A DNA stretch of 64,000 bases from NCBI GenBank assembly GCA_964414895.1, contig CAYPXO010000002.1, forward strand, positions 35,211 through 99,210, in the 5' to 3' direction. Positions 9,828 to 19,045 of this stretch are shown one piece after another. This DNA is from an uncultured Pseudomonadales bacterium (lineage in GTDB: Bacteria > Patescibacteriota > Microgenomatia > UBA1400 > CAYNMC01). Each line of letters opens with the position of its first letter. Position 1 is the first letter of the stretch. Made by a program: the position numbers and the translations under genes. The notes beneath the pieces were generated by a model that was given only the letters and a program-made list of their open reading frames with translations, ran no database searches and was not told where the DNA came from.

Positions 9828-9962
9828 TTATTCTTCGAGCGGATCCCGAGCCTGCCTGCCGGCAGGCAGGTCTGTCAAGGGAGTAGTCGAGAAGTCTTCT
9901 CTAGTAGGGTTCTCGACTTTGCCCCGCACCGTCTGGTGCAGGGCTTCGCTCGAACAATAAAA
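9828..9962. repeat. Class II GC-rich TIR element, copy 1 (intergenic)
   Basis: TTATTCTTCGAGCG...CCTGCCTGCCGGCAGGCAGG...GTCGAGAAG/CTTCTCGAC...GCCCCGCACCgtctGGTGCAGGGC...CGCTCGAACAATAA; the ends are inverted repeats. Confidence 0.7.
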
Positions 9963-10031
9963 ACTAACAAGCTAACAATTTCGTAACTCACACTAGCATA
10001 AACAAACAAGCAGCTACAACCAGTTGACCAT

Positions 10032-11291
10032 TTATCCATAAAACTTCTTCAAACAGCCAATTACCCTCTCAGCATCACTTAAACTCATTTTAGGATAAGT
10101 TGGCAGGTTTATCACTTTTTTGACTGCTCTCTCAGCGTTGGGACAACTGCCTAGCTTATAGCCAACCCTTTTCAAATTTGTTCCTTTAGGAGCAATTACT
10201 TTACTATACCAATTGCCCAAAATTATTTTTCTTTTTTTTGCAAATTTTAACAATTTTTCTTGTTTTTCAACCAATATGGGAAATCTTAAAAAAATAGGCC
10301 GGTAATCCTTTAACAATTTTGGAAATTGAATATTTTTCATACTTGATAAATTATTAATATAATATTGAGCAATTTTTGGTCTCTTTTTATTAAATTCTTC
10401 TAATTTATTAAACTGTTTAAGGAGTAAAGTTGCTAAACCATTGGGCAATTTTTTTGGATAATCTTTCAGCTTCTCACCAATCTTTTCCTTTCTTTTAACA
10501 GGAAAGTCAAGCAAGCCGATCTTCTGCATTAAAAATAAAATCCCCTTACCTAAACTAAATTTACCAATCCTAAAGCAAAAATAGGCAGGGATAACTAAAG
10601 AAAAAATAATCGGGTGGCCTAACTGTTTAAAAATCCAAAAACTGGAAGGAAAGTCAAGTTTTTGGTAAATTCTTTTCACTCTGGCGGCAAGAAATTTATC
10701 TCCGGTAATCAAAACTCCTCCAAAAACAGAAGAAATCACTTTATCTCTGCCAGAGGAAAAAAAAGCAAACTTTCCAAACTGACCAATTTTCTTTTTCCCG
10801 AAAGTCGCTCCTAAAGACTGAGCACAATCCTCTATTAAAATCAGTTTATGTTTTTTAGCAATCTTTAAAATCTTTTGTAAATCGTCGGGAATTCCAAAAA
10901 GATTTTGAACAATGATAGCTTTTGTCTTTGAGGTGATCTTCTTTTCTAAATCAACAACATCAAGAGAAAATGAATTTTTCCTAATATCGACAAAAACCGG
11001 TTTAAGGCCGGCAAAGCGAACACTATTAGCAACAACAACACAAGAAAAAGCCTGGAGAATAACTTCACTTCCCTTTGGTAAAGCTAAAGCCTGCAAACCA
11101 ACCTGCAAAGCTGAACGTCCGCTATTAAAAGAAAAAGCAAAAGGAACTTTAAAATACTCTTTAAATTTTTGTTCTATTTTTCCAATCGCTTCTCCTTTTT
11201 TCCAAGAAAAGGGAAAAAACAGCTGATTAACTGCCAAAAAAACATCATCCGGAAAGGTATTTGGAGATAGAGAGATGATAACAGGTTTCAT
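10032..11291 (-). CDS. DegT/DnrJ/EryC1/StrS-family PLP aminotransferase
   Basis: N-terminal fold-type-I aminotransferase core (GKIEQKFKEYF...FNSGRSALQVGLQAL...GSEVILQAFSCVVVANS...KPVFVDI). Confidence 0.65.
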   Translation of the reverse strand: MKPVIISLSPNTFPDDVFLAVNQLFFPFSWKKGEAIGKIEQKFKEYFKVPFAFSFNSGRSALQVGLQALALPKGSEVILQAFSCVVVANSVRFAGLKPVFVDIRKNSFSLDVVDLEKKITSKTKAIIVQNLFGIPDDLQKILKIAKKHKLILIEDCAQSLGATFGKKKIGQFGKFAFFSSGRDKVISSVFGGVLITGDKFLAARVKRIYQKLDFPSSFWIFKQLGHPIIFSLVIPAYFCFRIGKFSLGKGILFLMQKIGLLDFPVKRKEKIGEKLKDYPKKLPNGLATLLLKQFNKLEEFNKKRPKIAQYYINNLSSMKNIQFPKLLKDYRPIFLRFPILVEKQEKLLKFAKKRKIILGNWYSKVIAPKGTNLKRVGYKLGSCPNAERAVKKVINLPTYPKMSLSDAERVIGCLKKFYG

Positions 11292-11319
11292 TGAATTTTA
11301 AATTATTTTCGGCGTTTTA

Positions 11320-12771
11320 TTAGGAAACTATTTCTTTTTTTGTTTTTAATTTTTTAAATAAGCTAATAACATTTTTTGGCACTCTTCCTTCCAGCAAAAC
11401 TACCCAATTGCTATTTAATTTTTCACCTAGCCACTTTAAAATCTCCACTTCATTTTGAGAAACCAAAAACTTTTTCTCAAACTGTTCCTTTGCTCCTTTT
11501 TTAAAATAAAAAGCAAAATTCTCATTGGTAATCACCACTTTGTCAGCAACCTTGGCTAGAACTGCTCCCAATTGCTGATGTATTTCCTCACTTTTCTTAC
11601 CTAATTCTATAATACCGGGTGTTACAACTAATTTTTTCCTTTTATACTCAGCAATTTTTTCTAAAGCTCTGAAAAAACCATCAGGGTTACTGGAATAACT
11701 ATCATCAAAGAGTAAATATCCTTCCTTTGTCTTTCCTTTTTTAAATTGAAGCTTTTTTCGTAACTTAGGAATGAACCTTCTCATTTTTGTCTTGGGAATC
11801 TTCAAGTAATCTCCTATTTGCCAGGCTGCTTCAATTGCTTCCTCATACTTTTTTATTTTTCTTCCATAAAGTAAAGAGTTTAACTTTCTACGCCTCTTGG
11901 ATAAACTTAAAGTATATTTATTTCTGGCATTAAACAAAGCTAAACCATCAGCTGGCAGGCTTTTTATCAATTCATATTTAGCGGCTTTGGTATTGGCTAA
12001 ATTCCCAAAAAGAGCTAAATGTTGAGCGTTTATTCCTGTTAAAACCCCAATCTTAGGTTTAACTAGTTGACATATTTCTTCTATTTCTCCTCTTTTATAA
12101 GCCCCCATTTCCACAACAAAAATTTGATGACTCTTATCTAAAGAAAACAGAATAGTTTTAGCCACCCCTATTTGCGTATTGGTATTAGCCGGTGTTCTGG
12201 CAACTTTGTATTTTAAAGAAAGCATCCCAGCAATTACTTCTTTGGTAGAGCTTTTTCCAAAACTACCAGTAATCCCAATAACCAGCAGAGCGTTAAGCTC
12301 TTCTATTTTCTTTTTAGCAAAAAAAACTATAAATCTTTTTGCCGGCCAAAGAAGCAAGGAAAAGAAAAAAGTAATCAGCGAAGTCAAAAGCGGAGTAAAA
12401 TAATAAAAGACAATAATGATTAAAAAAAGGGTTAAAACAAAGCGCTGGTTAAGCAATGAGGACTTAATCAATGGCCGATAGATCAAGAAAAGCAATTGAT
12501 AGCCAATAAAAAAGTGGCTAAAAACTGTCAGTATTGTTCTAAAAGTAATCTTTGGATATTTATTAAAGGGATAAAAATTCAAAAAATTAAAATAGCGCAA
12601 TAGCTCTTTTTTATCTCCTTTATTGCTGATTCTGACCAAAAACCTATCCAATCGATACTCAACAATTTGCCATAAATATAAACAATAAAGGGAAAACTTA
12701 AGAATTTGAAAAATTAAAAAAAAGAAGAAAAGACAAACAAAAAATCCAAAAAAAACCATTATCGCTAACAA
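11320..12771 (-). CDS. murF: UDP-MurNAc-tripeptide:D-Ala-D-Ala ligase MurF with an N-terminal ~150-aa multi-TM extension
   Basis: GITGSFGKSST P-loop, Mur ligase central domain, MurF-type C-terminal DDSYSSNP motif; adjacent to mraY. The N-terminal 150 aa are hydrophobic (about 4 TM helices) and in frame. Confidence 0.7.
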   Translation of the reverse strand: MLAIMVFFGFFVCLFFFFLIFQILKFSLYCLYLWQIVEYRLDRFLVRISNKGDKKELLRYFNFLNFYPFNKYPKITFRTILTVFSHFFIGYQLLFLIYRPLIKSSLLNQRFVLTLFLIIIVFYYFTPLLTSLITFFFSLLLWPAKRFIVFFAKKKIEELNALLVIGITGSFGKSSTKEVIAGMLSLKYKVARTPANTNTQIGVAKTILFSLDKSHQIFVVEMGAYKRGEIEEICQLVKPKIGVLTGINAQHLALFGNLANTKAAKYELIKSLPADGLALFNARNKYTLSLSKRRRKLNSLLYGRKIKKYEEAIEAAWQIGDYLKIPKTKMRRFIPKLRKKLQFKKGKTKEGYLLFDDSYSSNPDGFFRALEKIAEYKRKKLVVTPGIIELGKKSEEIHQQLGAVLAKVADKVVITNENFAFYFKKGAKEQFEKKFLVSQNEVEILKWLGEKLNSNWVVLLEGRVPKNVISLFKKLKTKKEIVS

Positions 12772-13469
12772 AAAGAAATAATTTCTCTTGCTACTTTTTC
12801 TACCAATTTAAAAGGCAAGCCGTGATCGCCGTCTTTAAAAACTTTCAAACGAGAATCTTTTATTTCTCCGGCAAAAATATAAGCATCGGCTACTGGGGTA
12901 ATTTTATCCTTTTTTCCCCATAAAATCAAAGTGGAAACTTGAATTTTCTTCAAGAGTGGTTCTAGTCTTTCCCTAAGAACATTCCTCATTGTCAATTTCA
13001 AAAACTCATCAGCCCGGAAATAATCTTGCTCTCTGGCTAATTTATAAAGAAACCAAACAGCAAATCTTCTAAAAAAAGAAAAAGGAGGAAGAAGAAAAAA
13101 AACTTTTCCTGTTTTGGCTAAAAGTAAAAAAATGGCTTTTTTAAAATTATTTTTTGGATCAATACCGGAGCTGGCGATTAAAATTAACTTTCTTGCCCTA
13201 TTTCCCCGGCTTAGAAACTTTACTGCTAACTGGCCGCCAAAAGAATGACCAACCAAAACAGGATTGTCTATTTTTTTCTTGGCTAAATAATCTTCTAACC
13301 AATCAGCATAATCCTTAAGTTTCCAAGCCTTGGTTAACTTCTTTTCAAAACCAGGCAAAGAGGGTAAAAAAACTTTAAATTTCTTCTGCAAGATCTCAAC
13401 CAGTGGCTGCCACCGAGATAGCCTTGACTGCCAGCCGTGAAGAATAACGATTGTTCGCCTTTGTTTCAT
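12765..13469 (-). CDS. Alpha/beta hydrolase fold protein
   Basis: IVILHGW...VGHSFGG (GxSxG nucleophile elbow). Confidence 0.6.
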   Translation of the reverse strand: MKQRRTIVILHGWQSRLSRWQPLVEILQKKFKVFLPSLPGFEKKLTKAWKLKDYADWLEDYLAKKKIDNPVLVGHSFGGQLAVKFLSRGNRARKLILIASSGIDPKNNFKKAIFLLLAKTGKVFFLLPPFSFFRRFAVWFLYKLAREQDYFRADEFLKLTMRNVLRERLEPLLKKIQVSTLILWGKKDKITPVADAYIFAGEIKDSRLKVFKDGDHGLPFKLVEKVAREIISFC

Positions 13470-14797
13470 TACTTCCCCTCCAGTCTTTTTATTTTTGCTC
13501 CCAGTTGACGAAGCCTCCCATCCAAATCCTCATAACCTCTATCAATATGCTCTACTCCCTCCAAAACTGTTTCTCCACCATCAGTTACCAAACCAGCCAA
13601 CACTAAAGTTGCCCCCGCCCTTAAATCGCTAATTTTTGCTTTTATCCCCTTTAACCGCCTTGACCCTTTAATTTGAATGCCATGAGGATAACCTTGCCAA
13701 TCATTCTCTAAATTAAAATTATAAAATTCTCCAGGGTCATCAACAGTCGGATGGAAAAAAGATATCTCCGCTCCCATCCTTCTTAAGTCTTTTACATATC
13801 CAAAGCGGCTAAGATAGATTGTTTCTATAATCGTTGTTATTCCTCTTAGTTGAGTAGCCAGCACTGCCCACAAAGGTTGCCAATCGGTCATAAAGCCGGG
13901 ATAAGGCTGAGTTACTATGTCTAAGGCGGAAAGAGGTTTTTTATAAAAAAAGCGAATCCCATAATTTCCTACCTCAAAACCACCACCGGCTTCTTCCAAT
14001 TTTTCCAAAAATGTCCTTAAATCTTTACTGCGAGCATTTTCCACTACAATATCTCCTTTAGTCATAATGGCTGCCACCGCATAAGAAACGGCCTCATTTC
14101 TATCGGGCATAATTTGATAAATTACCGGCTCAAGTTTAGCTACACCATAAATATCAATTCTTCTGTTAGTTCGTCTTTTAACTTTTGCTCCCATTTTATT
14201 CAAAAACTCTATAAGGTCGTCAACTTCCGGCTCCTCGGCAGCATTCTCCAAAGTTGTCTTACCTTTGGCTAAAACCGCCGTCATTATCAAAGCCTCTGTT
14301 CCCGTATGGGTATTTTTGTCAAAACGGTAGTTGGCACCAACAAGCTGAGAGCAACCAGCCTCAATTACTCCCCTTTTTACTTTTAGACTAACTCCAAATT
14401 TTTCTAAACCCTTAAAATGACGTTCAAGTGGACGGGGACCAATTTTGTCTCCTCCGGGAAAAGGAACAACTGCTTTGTTAAAGCGCGAAAGAAGAGGACC
14501 AATGAACATTGTTGAAGCTCGTGAGAGCCGGCCCCATTTTTCAGGAATAGCAAATCTATTGACTAAAGAAGTATCTATTAAAAGAGTCCTCTCACCGCAC
14601 TTTCGAATTTTTCCTCCCAAAAGACAAATAATATCTTTAGTTGTTTGAACATCGGCAATTTTAGAAAAATTAAGAAGCCGTGTCTCTCCTTTAGCCAATA
14701 AAGAAGCAATCATTAATTTGAAAGAGGCGTTTTTTGCTCCGCCCAAGCGAACTGCCCCTTTTAAAGGACAACCGCCTTCGATAATTAATCTTTTAGA
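13469..14797 (-). CDS. murA: UDP-GlcNAc 1-carboxyvinyltransferase MurA
   Basis: MSKRLIIEGG...LGGAKNASFKLMIASLLA...; start set at MSKRL. The ORF-track extension to 14821 runs into a GC-rich hairpin island. Confidence 0.9.
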   Translation of the reverse strand, partial: SKRLIIEGGCPLKGAVRLGGAKNASFKLMIASLLAKGETRLLNFSKIADVQTTKDIICLLGGKIRKCGERTLLIDTSLVNRFAIPEKWGRLSRASTMFIGPLLSRFNKAVVPFPGGDKIGPRPLERHFKGLEKFGVSLKVKRGVIEAGCSQLVGANYRFDKNTHTGTEALIMTAVLAKGKTTLENAAEEPEVDDLIEFLNKMGAKVKRRTNRRIDIYGVAKLEPVIYQIMPDRNEAVSYAVAAIMTKGDIVVENARSKDLRTFLEKLEEAGGGFEVGNYGIRFFYKKPLSALDIVTQPYPGFMTDWQPLWAVLATQLRGITTIIETIYLSRFGYVKDLRRMGAEISFFHPTVDDPGEFYNFNLENDWQGYPHGIQIKGSRRLKGIKAKISDLRAGATLVLAGLVTDGGETVLEGVEHIDRGYEDLDGRLRQLGAKIKRLEGK

Positions 14798-14902
14798 CAT
14801 AAAAATAAGCCAAGGGGTCACAGCGGGTGTGATCTTTCGCCTACCTGTCCCCTAGCAAATAGTTCTGGGGCGGCTCACGCCCGGTGTGAAAGAATTGGCA
14901 CA

Positions 14903-15778
14903 CTAAAATTCCCCTAAAAAGAAAATCTCCGGTTCGAGTTCTATCTTACAGTCCATCTTCACTTTTTTACAAACCAGCTTAATTAATTTTACAACTTGTT
15001 CGGCTTTACCTCCACCAACGTTGATAAAAAAATTAGCGTGTCTCTCACTTATTTTTACCCCTCCTATTTTCTTGCCTTTCAAACCTACTTTATCAATCAA
15101 ATAACCGGCCGATTTACCTTTAGGGTTTTTAAAAATACAGCCAGCTGATTTGCCTTTCGGCTGATTGCTTCTTTCCTTTAATGTTTCCTTTATTTTTCTC
15201 TTCAAAGTACTTTCATTCTCTTTGTTTAATTTAAAACTAGCGCTAAGAACTATCATCCCTTTTTTTCGTAAGCTCGACCAGTCATAAGAAAAATCCAAGT
15301 CCTTCTTTTTAAAAACTTTTCTTTCAAGATTTTTATTTAAAACTTCCACTTTCTCCAAACAGTCGGAAAAAAAGTGATCCTTCCAATGACTGTTATTATA
15401 AACTGCTCCACCAACTGTTCCCGGCAGGCCAGCGAAAAATTCCAAACCTCCTAAACCTCTATTCACCGTTTCTTCTACAATTCTATTCACCATCACTCCT
15501 CCTTCGCAATAGGCTTTCTCATTTTGAATTTTGAATTTTGAATTTTGAATTTTTATTACCAATCCCCTCACTCCCTTATCAGCTACCAATAAATTACTTC
15601 CCCCACCTAAAATATAAAAAGGTAATTTTTTGGCTTTTGCCCAGTTAACGGCTTTGACAATCTGCTGGCTGTTTCTAGCCTCAAAAAAATAATCGGCCGG
15701 CCCGCCAATACCAAAAGTAGTAAAAGGAGCCAAATCAATATCCTTTTTAATCTTGAATTTTAATCTTGAATTTTGCAT
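14903..15778 (-). CDS. murB: UDP-N-acetylenolpyruvoylglucosamine reductase MurB
   Basis: FAD-binding N-terminus FTTFGIGGPADYF...ILGGGSNLL; carries an in-frame (AATTTTG)4 array. Confidence 0.85.
   Translation of the reverse strand: MQNSRLKFKIKKDIDLAPFTTFGIGGPADYFFEARNSQQIVKAVNWAKAKKLPFYILGGGSNLLVADKGVRGLVIKIQNSKFKIQNEKAYCEGGVMVNRIVEETVNRGLGGLEFFAGLPGTVGGAVYNNSHWKDHFFSDCLEKVEVLNKNLERKVFKKKDLDFSYDWSSLRKKGMIVLSASFKLNKENESTLKRKIKETLKERSNQPKGKSAGCIFKNPKGKSAGYLIDKVGLKGKKIGGVKISERHANFFINVGGGKAEQVVKLIKLVCKKVKMDCKIELEPEIFFLGEF
15521..15554. repeat. Heptanucleotide tandem array (AATTTTG/CAAAATT)x4.5 inside murB
   Basis: attttgaattttgaattttgaattttgaattttt; translated in frame as KIQNSKFKIQN. Confidence 0.8.
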
Positions 15779-17184
15779 TTTAAATTATTAATTATTTTAT
15801 CGTGCCATAAAAATATATCCCCCGCCCCTAAGGTAAAAATGACATCGCCAGCTTTAATATTCTCTTCCAAAAACCGGCAAACCGCCTGACAACCGGCCTG
15901 ATAGCAAACTTTTTTACCTCTTTTAGCAATTTCTTGAGCAAGAATCGCTCCGCTTATTTGTAAATCGGCTTTTTCTCTTGCCGAAGCATAAATCTTAGTA
16001 ATAATTATTTGATCAGCATCCTGAAAACTATCGGCAAACTCAGTTAGTAAAAACTTTGTTCGACTATAAGTATGAGGTTGAAAAATAACAACAATTTTCC
16101 TGTTGTTAAACCAAGACTTTGCCGCTTTAAGTGTTGCTTTAATTTCCAAAGGGTGGTGGGCATAATCATCGTAAAGCAGAACTTTTCCAACTTCAGCAAC
16201 TTTTTCAAATCTTCTTTCTGTTCCTAAAAAAGCTAACAAACCCTGCTTTAATTTGTCAAACTTTAATCCTAAAAAATTCCCCACCACAAAACTGGCAGTT
16301 GCGTTCAAAATATTAAATCTCCCTGGAACTTTTAAGGTTAAATCTTTAAAAACATCTCCTTTGTGTCTAAGGGAAAAAACTGTCTTTCCTGGTTCCAAGT
16401 GCCAGTCTATAATTTGCCAATCAGCATATTTGCAAAAACCATAAGTTTTAACTGGCACTTTAATTGACTGAATTAAATTAGCTACATTCTTATTATCAAG
16501 ACAAGCCACTAAAAGACAATCGGAACTAAGTTTAACAATAAAATTTCTAAAAGCTTTTAAGGTGCTCTTAATATTTGGATAAACATCAGGGTGGTCATGC
16601 TCAATATTGGTCAAAACTACAATTTTTGGTTTTTGGAACATAAACCTGGGAGTTCTATCTGAAGGAGAAGTGGCATACTCATCGGCCTCGGCCACAAAGG
16701 CTTTACCTTTTTCATTAAACCTACCAGGAAAGCCCAAAGGGAAAATCTCGCCAGCGCCGATAGCAAAACTTGGGTTTAAGCCAGCAGTTTGCAAAAGGAT
16801 AGCAATCATCGAAGCTGTTGTTGTCTTCCCACCAACTCCACAAGTAGAAATACCAATCTTTCCTTTCATAAATCTTGCCAATGCTTGAGCATGGGAAAAA
16901 GTAACAACTCCTTTTTGCTGAGCAGCAACTACTTCTCTATTAGCTTCTCCACCATGAGCACCAGTAAAAATCAGCAAGTCAGTATCTTCAGGAATATTTT
17001 CTGGAGAAAAACCAGTCTGCCATTTAATCCCTCGCCTTTCTAAAACCGCATCGGTAACAAACTCCTCTTTAACATCGCTACCGCTAACTTCCAGGCCCAA
17101 ATCTTGAGCACAAAAAGCCAGAGCCGCCATCCCAACTCCCTTAATACCGGTAAAATGAACTTTTTTGATTCTTCTTAAATCCAA
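15760..17184 (-). CDS. murC: UDP-MurNAc:L-Ala ligase MurC
   Basis: HFTGIKGVGMAALA...GLEVSGSD N-terminus, GTHGKTTT-type P-loop (GVGGKTTTASMIA). Confidence 0.9.
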   Translation of the reverse strand: MDLRRIKKVHFTGIKGVGMAALAFCAQDLGLEVSGSDVKEEFVTDAVLERRGIKWQTGFSPENIPEDTDLLIFTGAHGGEANREVVAAQQKGVVTFSHAQALARFMKGKIGISTCGVGGKTTTASMIAILLQTAGLNPSFAIGAGEIFPLGFPGRFNEKGKAFVAEADEYATSPSDRTPRFMFQKPKIVVLTNIEHDHPDVYPNIKSTLKAFRNFIVKLSSDCLLVACLDNKNVANLIQSIKVPVKTYGFCKYADWQIIDWHLEPGKTVFSLRHKGDVFKDLTLKVPGRFNILNATASFVVGNFLGLKFDKLKQGLLAFLGTERRFEKVAEVGKVLLYDDYAHHPLEIKATLKAAKSWFNNRKIVVIFQPHTYSRTKFLLTEFADSFQDADQIIITKIYASAREKADLQISGAILAQEIAKRGKKVCYQAGCQAVCRFLEENIKAGDVIFTLGAGDIFLWHDKIINNLKCKIQD

Positions 17185-17230
17185 AATTCCTCCTTATTAT
17201 TTAGTATATATAGTATACTGAATAATAAGC

Positions 17231-18145
17231 TCAACTTCTTAAACCAATAATAGAGGCAAATCTTCCCTCCACTTCTCCTTTCCTTAAAGCACGAAAGTGA
17301 GAAAAAAAACGCTTATTGCAAATCGTGCAAATCCCTGTATCTTCAATATTGCCTCTTTCTACACCAAAAGAAACAAGTTTGTCTGTTATAAAGGAAGCAA
17401 TATCTAAAGATTTAACGGGGATCCTTCGCGCGCCTGCAGCCAGGCAGGCAGGCTCAGGATGACGGTTTGATCTTAGTATGTACTGCTTCCATTCCGGCAA
17501 TTTCTCTTGAATATAATGGCTGTGGACAAAGCAACATTTCCTTGCTCCCGGCCCAATAACTACCTTAATGTTGACAGGTTGACAAGCAAATTTCTTCATC
17601 ATAATCAGCAAAGTTTCTAAAAAAATTTTCTCTACCGCCCCTCGCCAGCCAACATGAACAGCAGCAACCACTCGTTTCATAGGATCAAAAAACAAAAGAG
17701 GAAAACAATCAGCCGTTTTTACCATCAAAAAAATCCCCGGTTTATCACTAATCAAAGCGTCAACTTCAGAAATAATATTAGTTAAGTGGTTTCTTCTTCG
17801 AGCGAGTCTCGATTTTAATCGAGAGGAGTCGAGAAGCTCATCTGGAATATCTTGAAAAGTTCTTAACTTCTCCCTCTCCGCCTCTTTGGCGGATCGGGAA
17901 CCGCTCGAACAATAAAAAATCTTGTTTAAATCCTGATCATCTAAAACTCTAACCTTGCTTCCGTGAACCTGATCCATTTCAAAAAGAGTCTCTAAATCAA
18001 TTCCTAATTGTCTTGCCAATCTTTTTCTATTGCCTAAAACCTTTCCATCTTCCCCAAAACGAAGGTCAATATTTCCTGAAGCCTTATCAGAAATTCCACA
18101 AACAAGCTTTTCTTCTTTTTTAAAAATTTTAAAATTTTTAAGCAC
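17231..18145 (-). CDS. pgeF: Peptidoglycan editing factor PgeF/YfiH (DUF152) carrying two in-frame repeat-element insertions
   Basis: QVHGSKV...ADALISDKPGIFLMVKTADCFPLLF...AAVHVGWRG core motifs. 304 aa versus ~250 typical; the extra segments correspond exactly to class II element sequence. Confidence 0.7.
   Translation of the reverse strand: MLKNFKIFKKEEKLVCGISDKASGNIDLRFGEDGKVLGNRKRLARQLGIDLETLFEMDQVHGSKVRVLDDQDLNKIFYCSSGSRSAKEAEREKLRTFQDIPDELLDSSRLKSRLARRRNHLTNIISEVDALISDKPGIFLMVKTADCFPLLFFDPMKRVVAAVHVGWRGAVEKIFLETLLIMMKKFACQPVNIKVVIGPGARKCCFVHSHYIQEKLPEWKQYILRSNRHPEPACLAAGARRIPVKSLDIASFITDKLVSFGVERGNIEDTGICTICNKRFFSHFRALRKGEVEGRFASIIGLRS
17419..17465. repeat. Class II fragment (GATCC...GCCTGCCTGG.CAGGC) fused to a class I-like end (CTCAGGATGACGG), in frame in pgeF
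   Basis: ggatccttcgcgcgcctgcagccaggcaggcaggctcaggatgacgg; encodes RHPEPACLAAGARRIP. Confidence 0.6.
17791..17917. repeat. Class II GC-rich TIR element, copy 2, inserted in frame (126 bp, 42 codons) in pgeF
   Basis: TTCTTCTTCGAGCG...AGTCTCGATTTTAATCGAGAGG...CGCTCGAACAATAAAA; encodes FYCSSGSRSAKEAEREKLRTFQDIPDELLDSSRLKSRLARRR between the conserved VHG and ADAL motifs. Confidence 0.75.
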
Positions 18146-18893
18146 TTTTTTTAGTTAATCTTTCTTTCATAAGCTTATCGGCTATTCCTAATTCTTCTTT
18201 GGTATTAACACCATAAGCAACCAAGGGATCATCAATCTTAAAGATCTCCACTGAGAGATTGTTTTCTACCGCCAGCCTTGCTAAATCTGTTAAATAATAC
18301 TCACCACTGGGATTTTCTTTAATTTTAGGCAAAAATCTTCTTAAAAAAGAAAGTTTAAAAAGGTAAAGGCCAAGATTTAGTTCTTTTATTTTCTTTTGTT
18401 CTTTTGTGCAAAATCTCTCCTCGACAATTTCCTTAAATTTTCCTTTTTTATCCCTTAGTATTCGTCCATAGGCAAAATGTCTTGAAGGGATAACAGTTGC
18501 CACCGTCATTACCGCCTTTCTCTTTTGATGATCGTTAATTAACTTTTTTAAGGAATCAGGAGAATAAAAAGCACAATGATCACCATACATAACCAAAATG
18601 TCTTTTTCTTCGCTTTTCATTTTTTTGACGGCATCATAAACAGCAGCCCCGGTTCCCCACCTCTTTCCTTGTCTAACAAAAATAAGATTTTCTCCATTTA
18701 ATTTATTTTTAATTGAATCAACAGCAAAATTAACTACTATAAAAATGTCTTTTATTCCTACTTTTTTCAAGCTTTTTAACCCATAAGTTATCATTGGTTT
18801 GCCGGCAAGCTTCATTATCACTTTGTTTTTTCTCTGGCAATTTAGCCTTGTCCCTTTTCCTGCTGCCAGCACTACAGCGGCAAGCTTAACCAA
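18138..18893 (-). CDS. GlmU N-terminal-domain-like sugar-1-phosphate nucleotidyltransferase (start uncertain; TTG at 18893 proposed)
   Basis: VVLAAGKGTRL...KLAGKPMITYGL matches the GlmU pyrophosphorylase N-terminus; no LbH acetyltransferase domain. The upstream in-frame ORF to 19115 is class II element sequence. Confidence 0.6.
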   Translation of the reverse strand: MVKLAAVVLAAGKGTRLNCQRKNKVIMKLAGKPMITYGLKSLKKVGIKDIFIVVNFAVDSIKNKLNGENLIFVRQGKRWGTGAAVYDAVKKMKSEEKDILVMYGDHCAFYSPDSLKKLINDHQKRKAVMTVATVIPSRHFAYGRILRDKKGKFKEIVEERFCTKEQKKIKELNLGLYLFKLSFLRRFLPKIKENPSGEYYLTDLARLAVENNLSVEIFKIDDPLVAYGVNTKEELGIADKLMKERLTKKSA

Positions 18894-18934
18894 TTTTCTC
18901 TTTGAAAAATTGTCTTTTACAGGACTTACGCGCT

Positions 18935-19015
18935 TTATTCTTCGAGCGATCCCGGTGTAATACCGGGAGAGTCGAGAAGTTCTCGACTTCGCTGACGCTC
19001 CGCTCGAACAGTAAG
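18935..19015. repeat. Class II GC-rich TIR element, copy 3
   Basis: TTATTCTTCGAGCG-ATCCCGGTgtaatACCGGGA-GAGTCGAGAAGTTCTCGACTT-...CCGCTCGAACAGTAAG. Confidence 0.7.
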
Positions 19016-19045
19016 AAATACTGTGTAATTCCTGTTTCATATAAT

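Noticed and set aside
2419-16888. Numerous 60-150-aa plus-strand ORFs (2419, 3710, 4564, 5465, 6979, 7169, 8351, 9133, 10912, 12179, 14445, 16253, 16607, 16789 and others) overlapping minus-strand genes
   Set aside because: All are antisense to well-supported conserved genes, lack start context and are composition artifacts of AT-rich DNA.
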